DNA of 44,078 bases from a bacterium (lineage in GTDB: Bacteria; Patescibacteriota; Patescibacteriia; UBA2196; GWA2-42-15): NCBI GenBank assembly GCA_035388025.1, contig DAOOPA010000002.1, positions 1 through 44,078 on the forward strand, given 5' to 3'. Within the stretch, counting starts at the first letter, position 1. Every line of letters starts with the position of its first letter. Positions 23,935 through 31,827 of this stretch are shown in pieces. The notes beneath the pieces are model-generated. The model was not told where the DNA came from and searched no databases. It saw only the letters and a program-made list of their open reading frames with translations. The position numbers and the translations under genes were made by a program.

Positions 23935-25371
23935 ATGCAGATCAATCCTTTTGTTTTTAGAAATTATGACATCCGCGGGGAAGCGGGCAAAGACTTTGAT
24001 GTAAAAAAGATGGAAGCTATTGGCAAGGCCTTTGGCACATTTTTGCGCCGGAGAAAGATCCTTCAAGCGGTGGTCGGTCGAGATTGCCGTTTGAGCGGCA
24101 GAGAATATTTACCGGCTTTTACCAAAGGGTTGCTCTCAACCGGCGTGGATATTATTGATCTTGGCATGATTATGACCCAGATGATGTATTACGCCCAATA
24201 CCGCTATCAGACCAATGGCGGAGCCATCATGACCGCCTCACATAATCCTTGGAATTTTAACGGTTTCAAGCTGGGCGTTGGATACTCAGAAACAACTATG
24301 GAAGACGATGTACAGGAAATCCGTGAATATGTGGAAAAAGAAAATTTTTTCCAGGCGCCAAAACCCGGCAGGGTAACCAAAAAAAACGTGCGCGCCGACT
24401 ATATTAATGATCTGCACAAAAGATTGGAAATAAAAAAGAAATTTAAACTAGTGGTTGACTCGCGGCATGGCACGACCGGACTTTTTTTGGAAGAAATATT
24501 TGGTCGATCCGGGGCCAAGGTAATAGGAAAAAATCTGAAGGTAGATGGACATTTTCCCAAGGGCACGCCAGACCCGACTGATGAGAAATATATGAAAAAT
24601 CTGGGAGGAGAGGTAATAAAAGAAAAAGCTGATCTAGGTTTTGCTTTTGACGGCGACGGCGATCGGCTCGGCGTAGTGGACAGCAAGGGACGTATACTCT
24701 GGAATGACGTCTTGGTAGCGATTTTCGCCAAAGAAATTTTGGGTCGATTCCCAAAATCAAAAATAATTTATAATACCCTGTGTTCACAGATCGTGCGCGA
24801 AGTGATCAAAAAAGAAGGTGGCACACCGATTATCTGGCGCACCGGGCACTCTTTTATAAAAGACAAAATCGCAACCGAAAGGGCAGCCTTCGGCGGAGAG
24901 TTGTCAGGACATTTCTTTTTCGCTGACAACGCCTATGGCCACGATGACGGTTGCTACGCGGCGCTCCGGGTGATGGAATATTTATCAGAGAAAAAAATGA
25001 GTCTGGCTGATTTGTATGATACTTTTCCCAAATATATTTCCTCGCCGGAAATAAAAATCGGCTGTCCGGATGATAAGAAAAAAGCGGTGATCAAAGGTCT
25101 ATCAATAAAATTTAAAAAAGATTTCAAGGGGGCGCAAATCACCGACGACAGCATAATACCGGGCGACGATGGGGTCCGGGCTGATTTCAAAGACGGGATG
25201 ATGGTTTTCCGCTATTCACAAAACGGACCGTACATCACAGTAAAATTTGAAGCCAAGGATCAGGCGACTTATGAAAAAAGAAGAATCTATACCAGAGATT
25301 TATTAAAAAGCTATTCGGATATGATCTGGCAGGATCAGCTGTGCGTCAATTTGGATATCTTACAAAAATAA
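23935..25371 (+). CDS. Phosphomannomutase/phosphoglucomutase
   Basis: MTASHNPWNFNGFK, FAFDGDGDRLGVVD, GGELSGHFFF are canonical PMM/PGM motifs. Starts 2 nt after the upstream stop. Confidence 0.9.
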   Translation: MQINPFVFRNYDIRGEAGKDFDVKKMEAIGKAFGTFLRRRKILQAVVGRDCRLSGREYLPAFTKGLLSTGVDIIDLGMIMTQMMYYAQYRYQTNGGAIMTASHNPWNFNGFKLGVGYSETTMEDDVQEIREYVEKENFFQAPKPGRVTKKNVRADYINDLHKRLEIKKKFKLVVDSRHGTTGLFLEEIFGRSGAKVIGKNLKVDGHFPKGTPDPTDEKYMKNLGGEVIKEKADLGFAFDGDGDRLGVVDSKGRILWNDVLVAIFAKEILGRFPKSKIIYNTLCSQIVREVIKKEGGTPIIWRTGHSFIKDKIATERAAFGGELSGHFFFADNAYGHDDGCYAALRVMEYLSEKKMSLADLYDTFPKYISSPEIKIGCPDDKKKAVIKGLSIKFKKDFKGAQITDDSIIPGDDGVRADFKDGMMVFRYSQNGPYITVKFEAKDQATYEKRRIYTRDLLKSYSDMIWQDQLCVNLDILQK

Positions 25372-25373
25372 TT

Positions 25374-26168
25374 ATGACGAGTAATTTAAAATTTACTATT
25401 GATTTGGCCAAGCGGGCGGGCAACCTGGCTTTGTCAAAGATGGGCAAGATCCAAAAAATAACCAGCAAAACAGACCGTCGCGATGTGGCTACTGATGTTG
25501 ATATCAAAGTGGAGGAGTTGATTGTGGAGGAGATTCGAAAAAACTTTCCACACCATAATATCATCCGGGAGGAGGGACAAGATATTGATAACCATTCCAA
25601 AGATGCGTGGATAATTGATCCGATTGACGGCACAAAATATTTCGCGGCTGGCGTAAAACATTTCGCGGTGTCTATCGCTTTGTGGCAGAAAGAGCGACCA
25701 ATACTTGGTGTGGTTTATCAGCCGGGGACTGATGAGTGCTGGTGGGCTGAAAAGGGCGGCGGTGCTTTTTTAAATAATAAAAAAATAAAAGTTTCTCACC
25801 TTCGCACAATGGCCGATACTATTATCTCGGTGGGCGGAGGCGGAATAGCCAACAAAAGTAAAAAGGAACAAACAGAATATCTAAAAGTATTAAATAAGAT
25901 AGTCCCGGTCTGCAATCGCTTCCGAGCACTGGGCGCTGGTTCTCTGTGTCTGTGTTATTTGGCCCAAGGTTATCTAGAAGCGCATATTTCTTCTCCAATA
26001 CGGCCAGCAAAAATATGGGATGTGGCCGCCGGCATGATAATAGCCGAGGAGGCTGGAGCCAAAATAACAAATTCAAAGGGCAAATGGCCAGGCAGAAACA
26101 CAAACGATCTAATCGTGACCAATGGCCACATCCATCAACAGCTCTTGAAACTTTTGAACAAAAAATAA
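25374..26168 (+). CDS. Inositol monophosphatase family protein (IMPase/SuhB-like)
   Basis: WIIDPIDGTKYF motif and later WDVAAG motif. First plausible ATG at 25374 (MTSNLKF...). Confidence 0.85.
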   Translation: MTSNLKFTIDLAKRAGNLALSKMGKIQKITSKTDRRDVATDVDIKVEELIVEEIRKNFPHHNIIREEGQDIDNHSKDAWIIDPIDGTKYFAAGVKHFAVSIALWQKERPILGVVYQPGTDECWWAEKGGGAFLNNKKIKVSHLRTMADTIISVGGGGIANKSKKEQTEYLKVLNKIVPVCNRFRALGAGSLCLCYLAQGYLEAHISSPIRPAKIWDVAAGMIIAEEAGAKITNSKGKWPGRNTNDLIVTNGHIHQQLLKLLNKK

Positions 26169-26172
26169 TCTC

Positions 26173-27378
26173 ATGACGGAAAAGACTTTCAAATTCAAAA
26201 AATATCAATTCAACCCCAGAACCGGGGTTGTGTTGTTTGATTATGCGCTTGGCAAACACCACTTTCGAGAAAAATTGATTTTCCCGGCAGTTAAAAATAA
26301 ATTAGATAAAAATCAATTGAGAGCCTTGGATTTGGCGCTGTTTAATTTATTTTTAATCGCCGGCATAAGTTATTACAAAACAAGCTGCCCAAAGAAAATT
26401 GATTTGGGCCAATACAGATTAAGCAAAGAACAGGCGACCTTTTGGAACAAAGTCTATACCAAGGGCTTGGGCGAGTTTTTTTATCGCAATAAGATTGACT
26501 TCCGCGGACTGATAAACTTTCCCAGCGCCAAAGAATATACAGTCAAGCCAATTAAAATTAAAATGCCCAATCGGACGCTAGTACCAATCGGGGGGGGTAA
26601 AGATTCTATTGTGGTGGCCGAATTATTAAAACAAAGAAAGAAAAAATTTGAACTGATTTATCTCGGGCAATCAACCCTCGTTGACGAAGTGGTAAAGGTG
26701 GTCGACCGACCTCTCATCAGAGTGGAGCGTTATTTGTCACCCAATCTATTTGTTCTAAATAAAAAGCCGGGTGTTTATAACGGCCATATTCCTATCAGTG
26801 TTTACTACTCACTCTTGGATGTGGCGGCGACTGTTCTCTATGGATACAATGAGATCATTCTCGGCAATGAAAAGAGCGCCAATTATGGTAATGTAAAATA
26901 CTTGGGAATGACAATCAATCATCAATGGAGTAAATCGCTGGAATTTGAAAAAATGTTTAGCAGTTATATAAAAAAGTTTATTACACCGAGCGTCAAATAT
27001 TATAGTTTACTGCGTCAGAAAACCGAGCTGGAAATTGTCGGGGAGTTTGTGAAATACAAAAAATATTTTCCGGTTTTTTCCAGTTGTAATACCAATTTTA
27101 AAATTACGAAAAAAGCAAAACAAAGATGGTGTGGCGAATGCCCCAAATGCGTTTTTGTCTGGACTATGCTCTCGGCCTATCTCAAGAAAGAGGAGCTACT
27201 TGTCATTTTTGGCAAAAACCTGTATGCTGATCAGAAACTCAAGTCGCTCTTCCGAGAACTCTTGGGGCAAAAAAACATCAAGCCGTTTGAGTGCGTGGGC
27301 ACGCCGAGTGAGATGAAAAGAGCGATGAAAATGGCGGGGAAAAATTTTAAAGAAGAAATAGAAAAACTAAAATTATAA
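26173..27378 (+). CDS. PP-loop-like ATP pyrophosphatase superfamily protein; candidate MurL (UDP-MurNAc-L-Ala-L-Glu epimerase)
   Basis: VPIGGGKDS resembles the SGGxDS PP-loop. C-terminal CNTNF...WCGECPKC Cys cluster. Lies in the operon immediately upstream of the murD homologue. Family assignment is by context, not verified homology. Confidence 0.45.
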   Translation: MTEKTFKFKKYQFNPRTGVVLFDYALGKHHFREKLIFPAVKNKLDKNQLRALDLALFNLFLIAGISYYKTSCPKKIDLGQYRLSKEQATFWNKVYTKGLGEFFYRNKIDFRGLINFPSAKEYTVKPIKIKMPNRTLVPIGGGKDSIVVAELLKQRKKKFELIYLGQSTLVDEVVKVVDRPLIRVERYLSPNLFVLNKKPGVYNGHIPISVYYSLLDVAATVLYGYNEIILGNEKSANYGNVKYLGMTINHQWSKSLEFEKMFSSYIKKFITPSVKYYSLLRQKTELEIVGEFVKYKKYFPVFSSCNTNFKITKKAKQRWCGECPKCVFVWTMLSAYLKKEELLVIFGKNLYADQKLKSLFRELLGQKNIKPFECVGTPSEMKRAMKMAGKNFKEEIEKLKL

Positions 27379-27389
27379 AGGGGTGAAAA

Positions 27390-27662
27390 GTGAGAAAAAA
27401 ATTGTTAGGGATGTTGCGGCTAGCGGCAATGGCCGGAGCATTTGGCGGATTGGCTTACACGGCGGAACTGCAATCCGACTGGAAGTGGGCCTTGGCCGTC
27501 CTGAATGTTGGCGCGTTGGTCGCCAGCGGCGTGATCAGGGAAAGGTCAAATTGGTCAGACGAGAGAGTGAAAAATCGGGGTTTCAATATCCGACTCATCG
27601 TCTTTATCGCTATGGCCTTAGCGACCGATCTTTTTTTATTTTTTATAAAATGGCCGAAATAG
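27390..27662 (+). CDS. Small hypothetical membrane protein (about 3 TM)
   Basis: GTG start 7 nt after AAGGGG. Hydrophobic segments LRLAAMAGAFGGLAY, WALAVLNVGALVASGVI, LIVFIAMALATDLFLFFI. The competing frame 27383..27676 is Arg/Gly-rich and not protein-like. Confidence 0.45.
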   Translation: MRKKLLGMLRLAAMAGAFGGLAYTAELQSDWKWALAVLNVGALVASGVIRERSNWSDERVKNRGFNIRLIVFIAMALATDLFLFFIKWPK

Positions 27663-27736
27663 CCGTTGGTGGATAACCAGTGGCTTTTCTTTTTTTATAA
27701 TTTTACTTTGGCTGGTATTTTTGTTAAGCTGGAAAT

Positions 27737-29104
27737 ATGAAAACTAAAGAATTTAAAAATAAAAAAATCCTGATCCTGGGCTTTGGGCGAGAGGGCCAGT
27801 CGTCTTTGCGATACTTACGCAAATATTATCCGGAAAAGTCGCTTGGCGTGGCCGACCAAAATAGCTTGGTGCAATTTGGACCAAAAGAAAGAAGCTGGCT
27901 AAGTAAAGACAAAAATTTGATTTTAAATTTGGGTAAAAATTATCTCAAGAATCTGGAAAAGTTTGATGTCATCATCAAAACATCAGGCATCAAGTTGCCG
28001 GATCAGAAAGTCAAAAAATTATCACGGCAAGGAATAATAGTAACAACCAATTTAAATATTTTCTTGGCCAACATTAAGGGGCGAGTAATTGGTGTCACGG
28101 GCACTAAAGGCAAAAGTACTACGGCCAGTCTACTTTATACTATTTTAAAAACCGCCAGAGAGAAAGCTGTTTTGGTGGGGAATATCGGCAAACCATTTTT
28201 GGATTATATCAATCAGGATTCCAAACAAACAATTTTTGTGGCCGAATTGTCGTCTTACCAGCTTGATACTTTGAGTGAAAAATTGGACACGGTGGTGGTG
28301 GCTAGTTTTTATCCAGAACATCTGAATTATCATGGCAGTCTCGCTAAATATTTTCAGGCCAAGATGAATATCATCCGGGGACTGAAACCGGGCGGAGTAG
28401 CGGTGTACAATCAGAATTTTCAACGGGTGAGCGACTTTATCAAAAAGCAATCCGCCAACCAGCGGATCAAAGCGATTGGTTACGCGGAACTGCCAAAAGA
28501 ATTGGCCAGTGGCGCCAGATTGCTCGGCGAACACAACCAACAGAATATGGCTGGGGCGGTGGCTGTGGCAAAGTATTGGAAAATCAAAGACGCGGATGTC
28601 AAAAAAGCGCTGGCCAAATTTCAACCGCTGGAACACCGACTAGAGTTGGTAGGGAAATTTAAGGGCATAACATTTTATAATGATGTATTATCCACCACGC
28701 CGGAGTCAACAATTGAAGCGATTAAAACATTAAAAACAAAAAATCTGCAAACGCTGATCGTGGGCGGATTTGACCGCGGATTGAATTATACCAAACTGGC
28801 AAGAGAGATAAAAAAATCCAAAATCAGAACCACTATCTGCTGGCCGCATGCCGGCGAAACTGTCGCCAGAGAATTGAAAAAGATAAAAGCGAACAACAAA
28901 ATCGTCAGGGTAAAAAATATGAGAGAGACGATCGAGGCGGCTTTCAAGCATACCAAGTCTGGCGAGGCGGTGGCCTTGTCGCCGGCGGCGTCCAGTTATG
29001 ATTTTTATACCGACTACCGGGAAAAGGGGGCGGAGTACAAGAAACTGATAAGATTAGTATTTTCTCGTCGGTCATCCTCGGACTTGACCCGGTTATTATT
29101 CTAA
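27737..29104 (+). CDS. murD: UDP-N-acetylmuramoyl-L-alanine--glutamate ligase (MurD or MurD2 type)
   Basis: ILGFGREGQS Rossmann-like N-terminus, GVTGTKGKSTT P-loop, NDVLSTTPEST, typical Mur ligase length. Confidence 0.85.
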   Translation: MKTKEFKNKKILILGFGREGQSSLRYLRKYYPEKSLGVADQNSLVQFGPKERSWLSKDKNLILNLGKNYLKNLEKFDVIIKTSGIKLPDQKVKKLSRQGIIVTTNLNIFLANIKGRVIGVTGTKGKSTTASLLYTILKTAREKAVLVGNIGKPFLDYINQDSKQTIFVAELSSYQLDTLSEKLDTVVVASFYPEHLNYHGSLAKYFQAKMNIIRGLKPGGVAVYNQNFQRVSDFIKKQSANQRIKAIGYAELPKELASGARLLGEHNQQNMAGAVAVAKYWKIKDADVKKALAKFQPLEHRLELVGKFKGITFYNDVLSTTPESTIEAIKTLKTKNLQTLIVGGFDRGLNYTKLAREIKKSKIRTTICWPHAGETVARELKKIKANNKIVRVKNMRETIEAAFKHTKSGEAVALSPAASSYDFYTDYREKGAEYKKLIRLVFSRRSSSDLTRLLF

Positions 29105-29247
29105 TAAATAAATTCTTTTTCTTTTTGTTTTTTGTCTGGCTTCCCGCTTTCGCTGGAATGACAGGGAATTGATGAGCGTGACGGAACCCAGCCTTCAGGC
29201 TGTTGATTTTTCAGGCTAAAGCTTGAGTTCCCCAAACTTTAATAAAA

Positions 29248-29790
29248 ATGAAACTTAAATACCCAAAATTCACTATTCTCCTTTTGACCTACGCCGTGGT
29301 GATATTTTTGTTTGGTGGAAAATTGTTTCAAGGTATCAATGATTGGGTAGTCGGACTTGGCTACTGGGGTGCTCTTTTGGCCGGAATTTTTTATGCCTAT
29401 AGTTTTACGGCCGGGGCGGCCACGGCCATCTTGGTAATTCTCGGGGGAGAATTAAACATGATCGGCGCCGGGCTTTTGGCTGGAGCGGGTGCGCTAATTA
29501 GTGATTTTTTTATTTTTAAATTTATTCGCCACTCATTTGAAGATGAGATCAATAAAATCAGCGCTAGCCATTTCTGGGATCGCTGGCGAGACAATTACCG
29601 ATTAAATTTAATTTTTAAAAAATATATCCTGCCAATAGTCGGCGCCATAGTAATCGCTTCGCCTCTGCCTGATGAGCTCGGAGTGGCCATGCTCGCCTCG
29701 GACAAACTGATCAATGGGCGCATATTTGCCATCCTGTCATACGCCCTGAATACGGCGGGGATATTTGTGATGTTATTAATTGGAAAATAA
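29248..29790 (+). CDS. Hypothetical membrane protein (weak DedA/VTT-like resemblance)
   Basis: 180 aa, 4-5 TM. ASPLPDELGVAMLA resembles the re-entrant loop motif of VTT/DedA proteins; low certainty. Confidence 0.55.
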   Translation: MKLKYPKFTILLLTYAVVIFLFGGKLFQGINDWVVGLGYWGALLAGIFYAYSFTAGAATAILVILGGELNMIGAGLLAGAGALISDFFIFKFIRHSFEDEINKISASHFWDRWRDNYRLNLIFKKYILPIVGAIVIASPLPDELGVAMLASDKLINGRIFAILSYALNTAGIFVMLLIGK

Positions 29791-29807
29791 TCAGAAGCTT
29801 AAACCAA

Positions 29808-29845
29808 AAATTAAGAGCGAAGAATTTTCTTCGCTCTTTTTGTTT
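29808..29845. terminator. Bidirectional terminator between convergent genes
   Basis: AGAGCGAAGA-ATTT-TCTTCGCTCT, a 10 bp perfect stem flanked by an A-rich run and TTTTTG. Confidence 0.75.
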
Positions 29846-29893
29846 CTTTAAAGCGTCTTAGGGAAGGCTGGGGACGAAATCCCTATCTAACTC

Positions 29894-30085
29894 CTAATTA
29901 TCTCCAAAAATCTCCCCCACCTTGAGATCAAAGAGGTTGGCCGCTTCACGTTTGAGCCCCTCGCTGGCTTTTCGCTGGCCAGACTCAACTCTTGAGAGGT
30001 GGCTCGCGCTACAGCCGAGCAAAAAGGCCAACTCATACTGCTTCAGCCCGGCTTCCAATCGTTTGGTCTTTAATACATTTTTCAT
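29894..30085 (-). CDS. XRE-family HTH transcriptional regulator (63 aa), paralogue 1
   Basis: LKTKRLEAGLKQYELAFLLGCSASHLSRVESGQRKAS is a Cro/CI-type HTH. GGAGGA RBS. Confidence 0.8.
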   Translation of the reverse strand: MKNVLKTKRLEAGLKQYELAFLLGCSASHLSRVESGQRKASEGLKREAANLFDLKVGEIFGDN

Positions 30086-30123
30086 CGTAGCTTCCTCCGT
30101 TTAGGGTTCAATTTTATTTTTTA

Positions 30124-30152
30124 AATTTAGCGCGATTTTGATAATTGGTCAA
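30124..30152 (-). promoter_or_regulatory. Candidate promoter of XRE paralogue 1
   Basis: The minus strand reads TTGACC-17 nt-TAAATT. Confidence 0.45.
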
Positions 30153-30270
30153 GGAAAATATAATTAGCAAGATGAAGTTATTGGACATGAAAGCCTTTCG
30201 GGCATTGAAAGCTGATGAACTACAAAAAAATCCAAAGACAGCAAGAGCAATAAGATTAATGATAAATAAG

Positions 30271-30306
30271 ATAAATAAAAGCGACGCCTGATGGTGTCGC
30301 TTTTTT
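30271..30306. terminator. Bidirectional-looking terminator after XRE paralogue 2
   Basis: AGCGACGCC-TGAT-GGTGTCGCT (9 bp including one G.U), flanked by AAAA and TTTTTT. Confidence 0.7.
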
Positions 30307-30342
30307 AAAACTGCCGGATCGGGGCTACGCCGGCGGGGCGGT

Positions 30343-30537
30343 TTACGGTTTCGGCGGGAAGATCTCATCTACCCTGACTCCGAAAATCTCCGCCGCTTTG
30401 CGCTGAAACTCCTCATTCGGCTCGACCTGGTTGTTTTCAACCTGGGAGAGATAGGTCGTACTGCACCCCAGCAAAAACGCCAATTCATACTGCTTGAGCC
30501 CGGCTTTCCAACGCTTAATTTTTAATGTGTTTTTCAC
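30343..30537 (-). CDS. XRE-family HTH transcriptional regulator (64 aa), paralogue 2
   Basis: LKIKRWKAGLKQYELAFLLGCSTTYLSQVENNQVEPN. GTG 30537 sits 5 nt after AGGAGG, so the track start at 30573 is rejected. Confidence 0.8.
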   Translation of the reverse strand: MKNTLKIKRWKAGLKQYELAFLLGCSTTYLSQVENNQVEPNEEFQRKAAEIFGVRVDEIFPPKP

Positions 30538-30603
30538 TTGCTCCTCCTTTTGGGTAATGACATTATAAAACACAGTTTAGAGTAAAATGAGAATCTGTCA
30601 AGA

Positions 30604-31827
30604 CTATCGAATAAAATTTTTGACTTTAAACTCTTCAATTCTGTTCTCCCAATTTTCGCCCGGCTTTATCTTCTTTTTCACGCGCAGATAATTGTTGGTA
30701 AAACCATATTGCCAACCAGTCGCAATTCCTTCCCAAAGTACGGGAAGCTTTTTGTTTTTAAATTTATTCTTTTCGCGCTTAGCAACCGTTTCTGACAGGA
30801 TGGCCAATTTTTGATAACGAATCTTTTTGATTGATCCAGGAATCTGGCCGGACATCGTGGCGGCGCGAGTGCCGGGGCGCGGGGAAAATTGGAAGATGTG
30901 AACCTTGGAAAAGCCGACAGCTTTAATCAAATCGCAAGTATCACGGAAGTCCCGCTCGGTTTCACCCGGGAATCCGACGATGATGTCGCAGGTAAAATTA
31001 ATATTTTTGATCTGGGCACGACAAGCACTGGTAATTTTTAAAATATCTTGGCGGGTGTAGTGACGATTCATTGATTTCAGAATCTGATTGGAGCCGGACT
31101 GAATACTCAAATGAAAATGCGGCAAGAGGCGCGACTCGGTAGCATATAATTTTATCAGCTCGGGAGTGATGTGCGTGGGCCAGAGCGAACCAAGGCGGAT
31201 ACGTGGGATATCAGTTTTGATAAGAATCAATTTTAATAATTCAGCCAAGGAATTCTTTTGCGTCTTGTTAATTGGGTTTTGTGTTTTATACAAACCGATA
31301 TTGACCCCGGTCAAAACGACTTCTTGAATTCCTTGTTTCTCAGCTTTTTTTATGTCAGTAATGATTTTGGCAATAGATCGACTCTGGGGCAAACCGCGGA
31401 GGAAAGGCACAATACAATAAGCGCAAAAATTATTACAACCGGTCTGGATTTTGACAAAAGCACGATGCGGATGGGCGCTGACTATCTTGGCGCTAGATAA
31501 TTTTTCGACTGGCGGGAACCATTTGGTGACCAGCCTTTTTATCTTGGCTTTGTCTTTGGCGGGAACAAACAGATCGACGTCGGGAATATCACCGTCCGGA
31601 AAACAGCCGGTGAGAATAATTTTGAACGCATGTTTTTTGAGGGCTTTGATTTTTTGCAAAACCACGTGCTCAGCCTTGGCTGTAACCGAGCAAGCGTTGA
31701 CGATTATCAAATCAGCCGGCAAATGAGATGCGGGCTGAAAACCAAGAGAAATTAAATCGGCGGAGATCATGTCTGATTCCGCCTGATTCAATTTGCAACC
31801 AAAAGTAATAATACTAAAGGTTTTCAT
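30604..31827 (-). CDS. mtaB: Radical SAM methylthiotransferase, MtaB-type (MiaB/RimO family)
   Basis: N-terminal FGCKLNQAESD (UPF0004 domain), radical SAM CNNFCAYC, C-terminal TRAM-like region. Overlaps the hisS stop by 1 nt (TAATG). Confidence 0.8.
   Translation of the reverse strand: MKTFSIITFGCKLNQAESDMISADLISLGFQPASHLPADLIIVNACSVTAKAEHVVLQKIKALKKHAFKIILTGCFPDGDIPDVDLFVPAKDKAKIKRLVTKWFPPVEKLSSAKIVSAHPHRAFVKIQTGCNNFCAYCIVPFLRGLPQSRSIAKIITDIKKAEKQGIQEVVLTGVNIGLYKTQNPINKTQKNSLAELLKLILIKTDIPRIRLGSLWPTHITPELIKLYATESRLLPHFHLSIQSGSNQILKSMNRHYTRQDILKITSACRAQIKNINFTCDIIVGFPGETERDFRDTCDLIKAVGFSKVHIFQFSPRPGTRAATMSGQIPGSIKKIRYQKLAILSETVAKREKNKFKNKKLPVLWEGIATGWQYGFTNNYLRVKKKIKPGENWENRIEEFKVKNFIR

Noticed and set aside
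29169-29187. TTGATGAGCGTGACGGAAC resembles the hammerhead ribozyme core (CUGAUGA...GAAA).
   Set aside because: No helix II can form between the two boxes, the second box is GGAAC rather than CGAAAC, and no cleavage-site helix is evident.
30114-30368. 84-aa minus-strand ORF between the two XRE genes.
   Set aside because: Its 5' half runs through the XRE-2 stop region and a strong terminator. Downstream of the terminator the only start is an ATG giving 24 aa, which overlaps the XRE-1 promoter. Probably non-coding.
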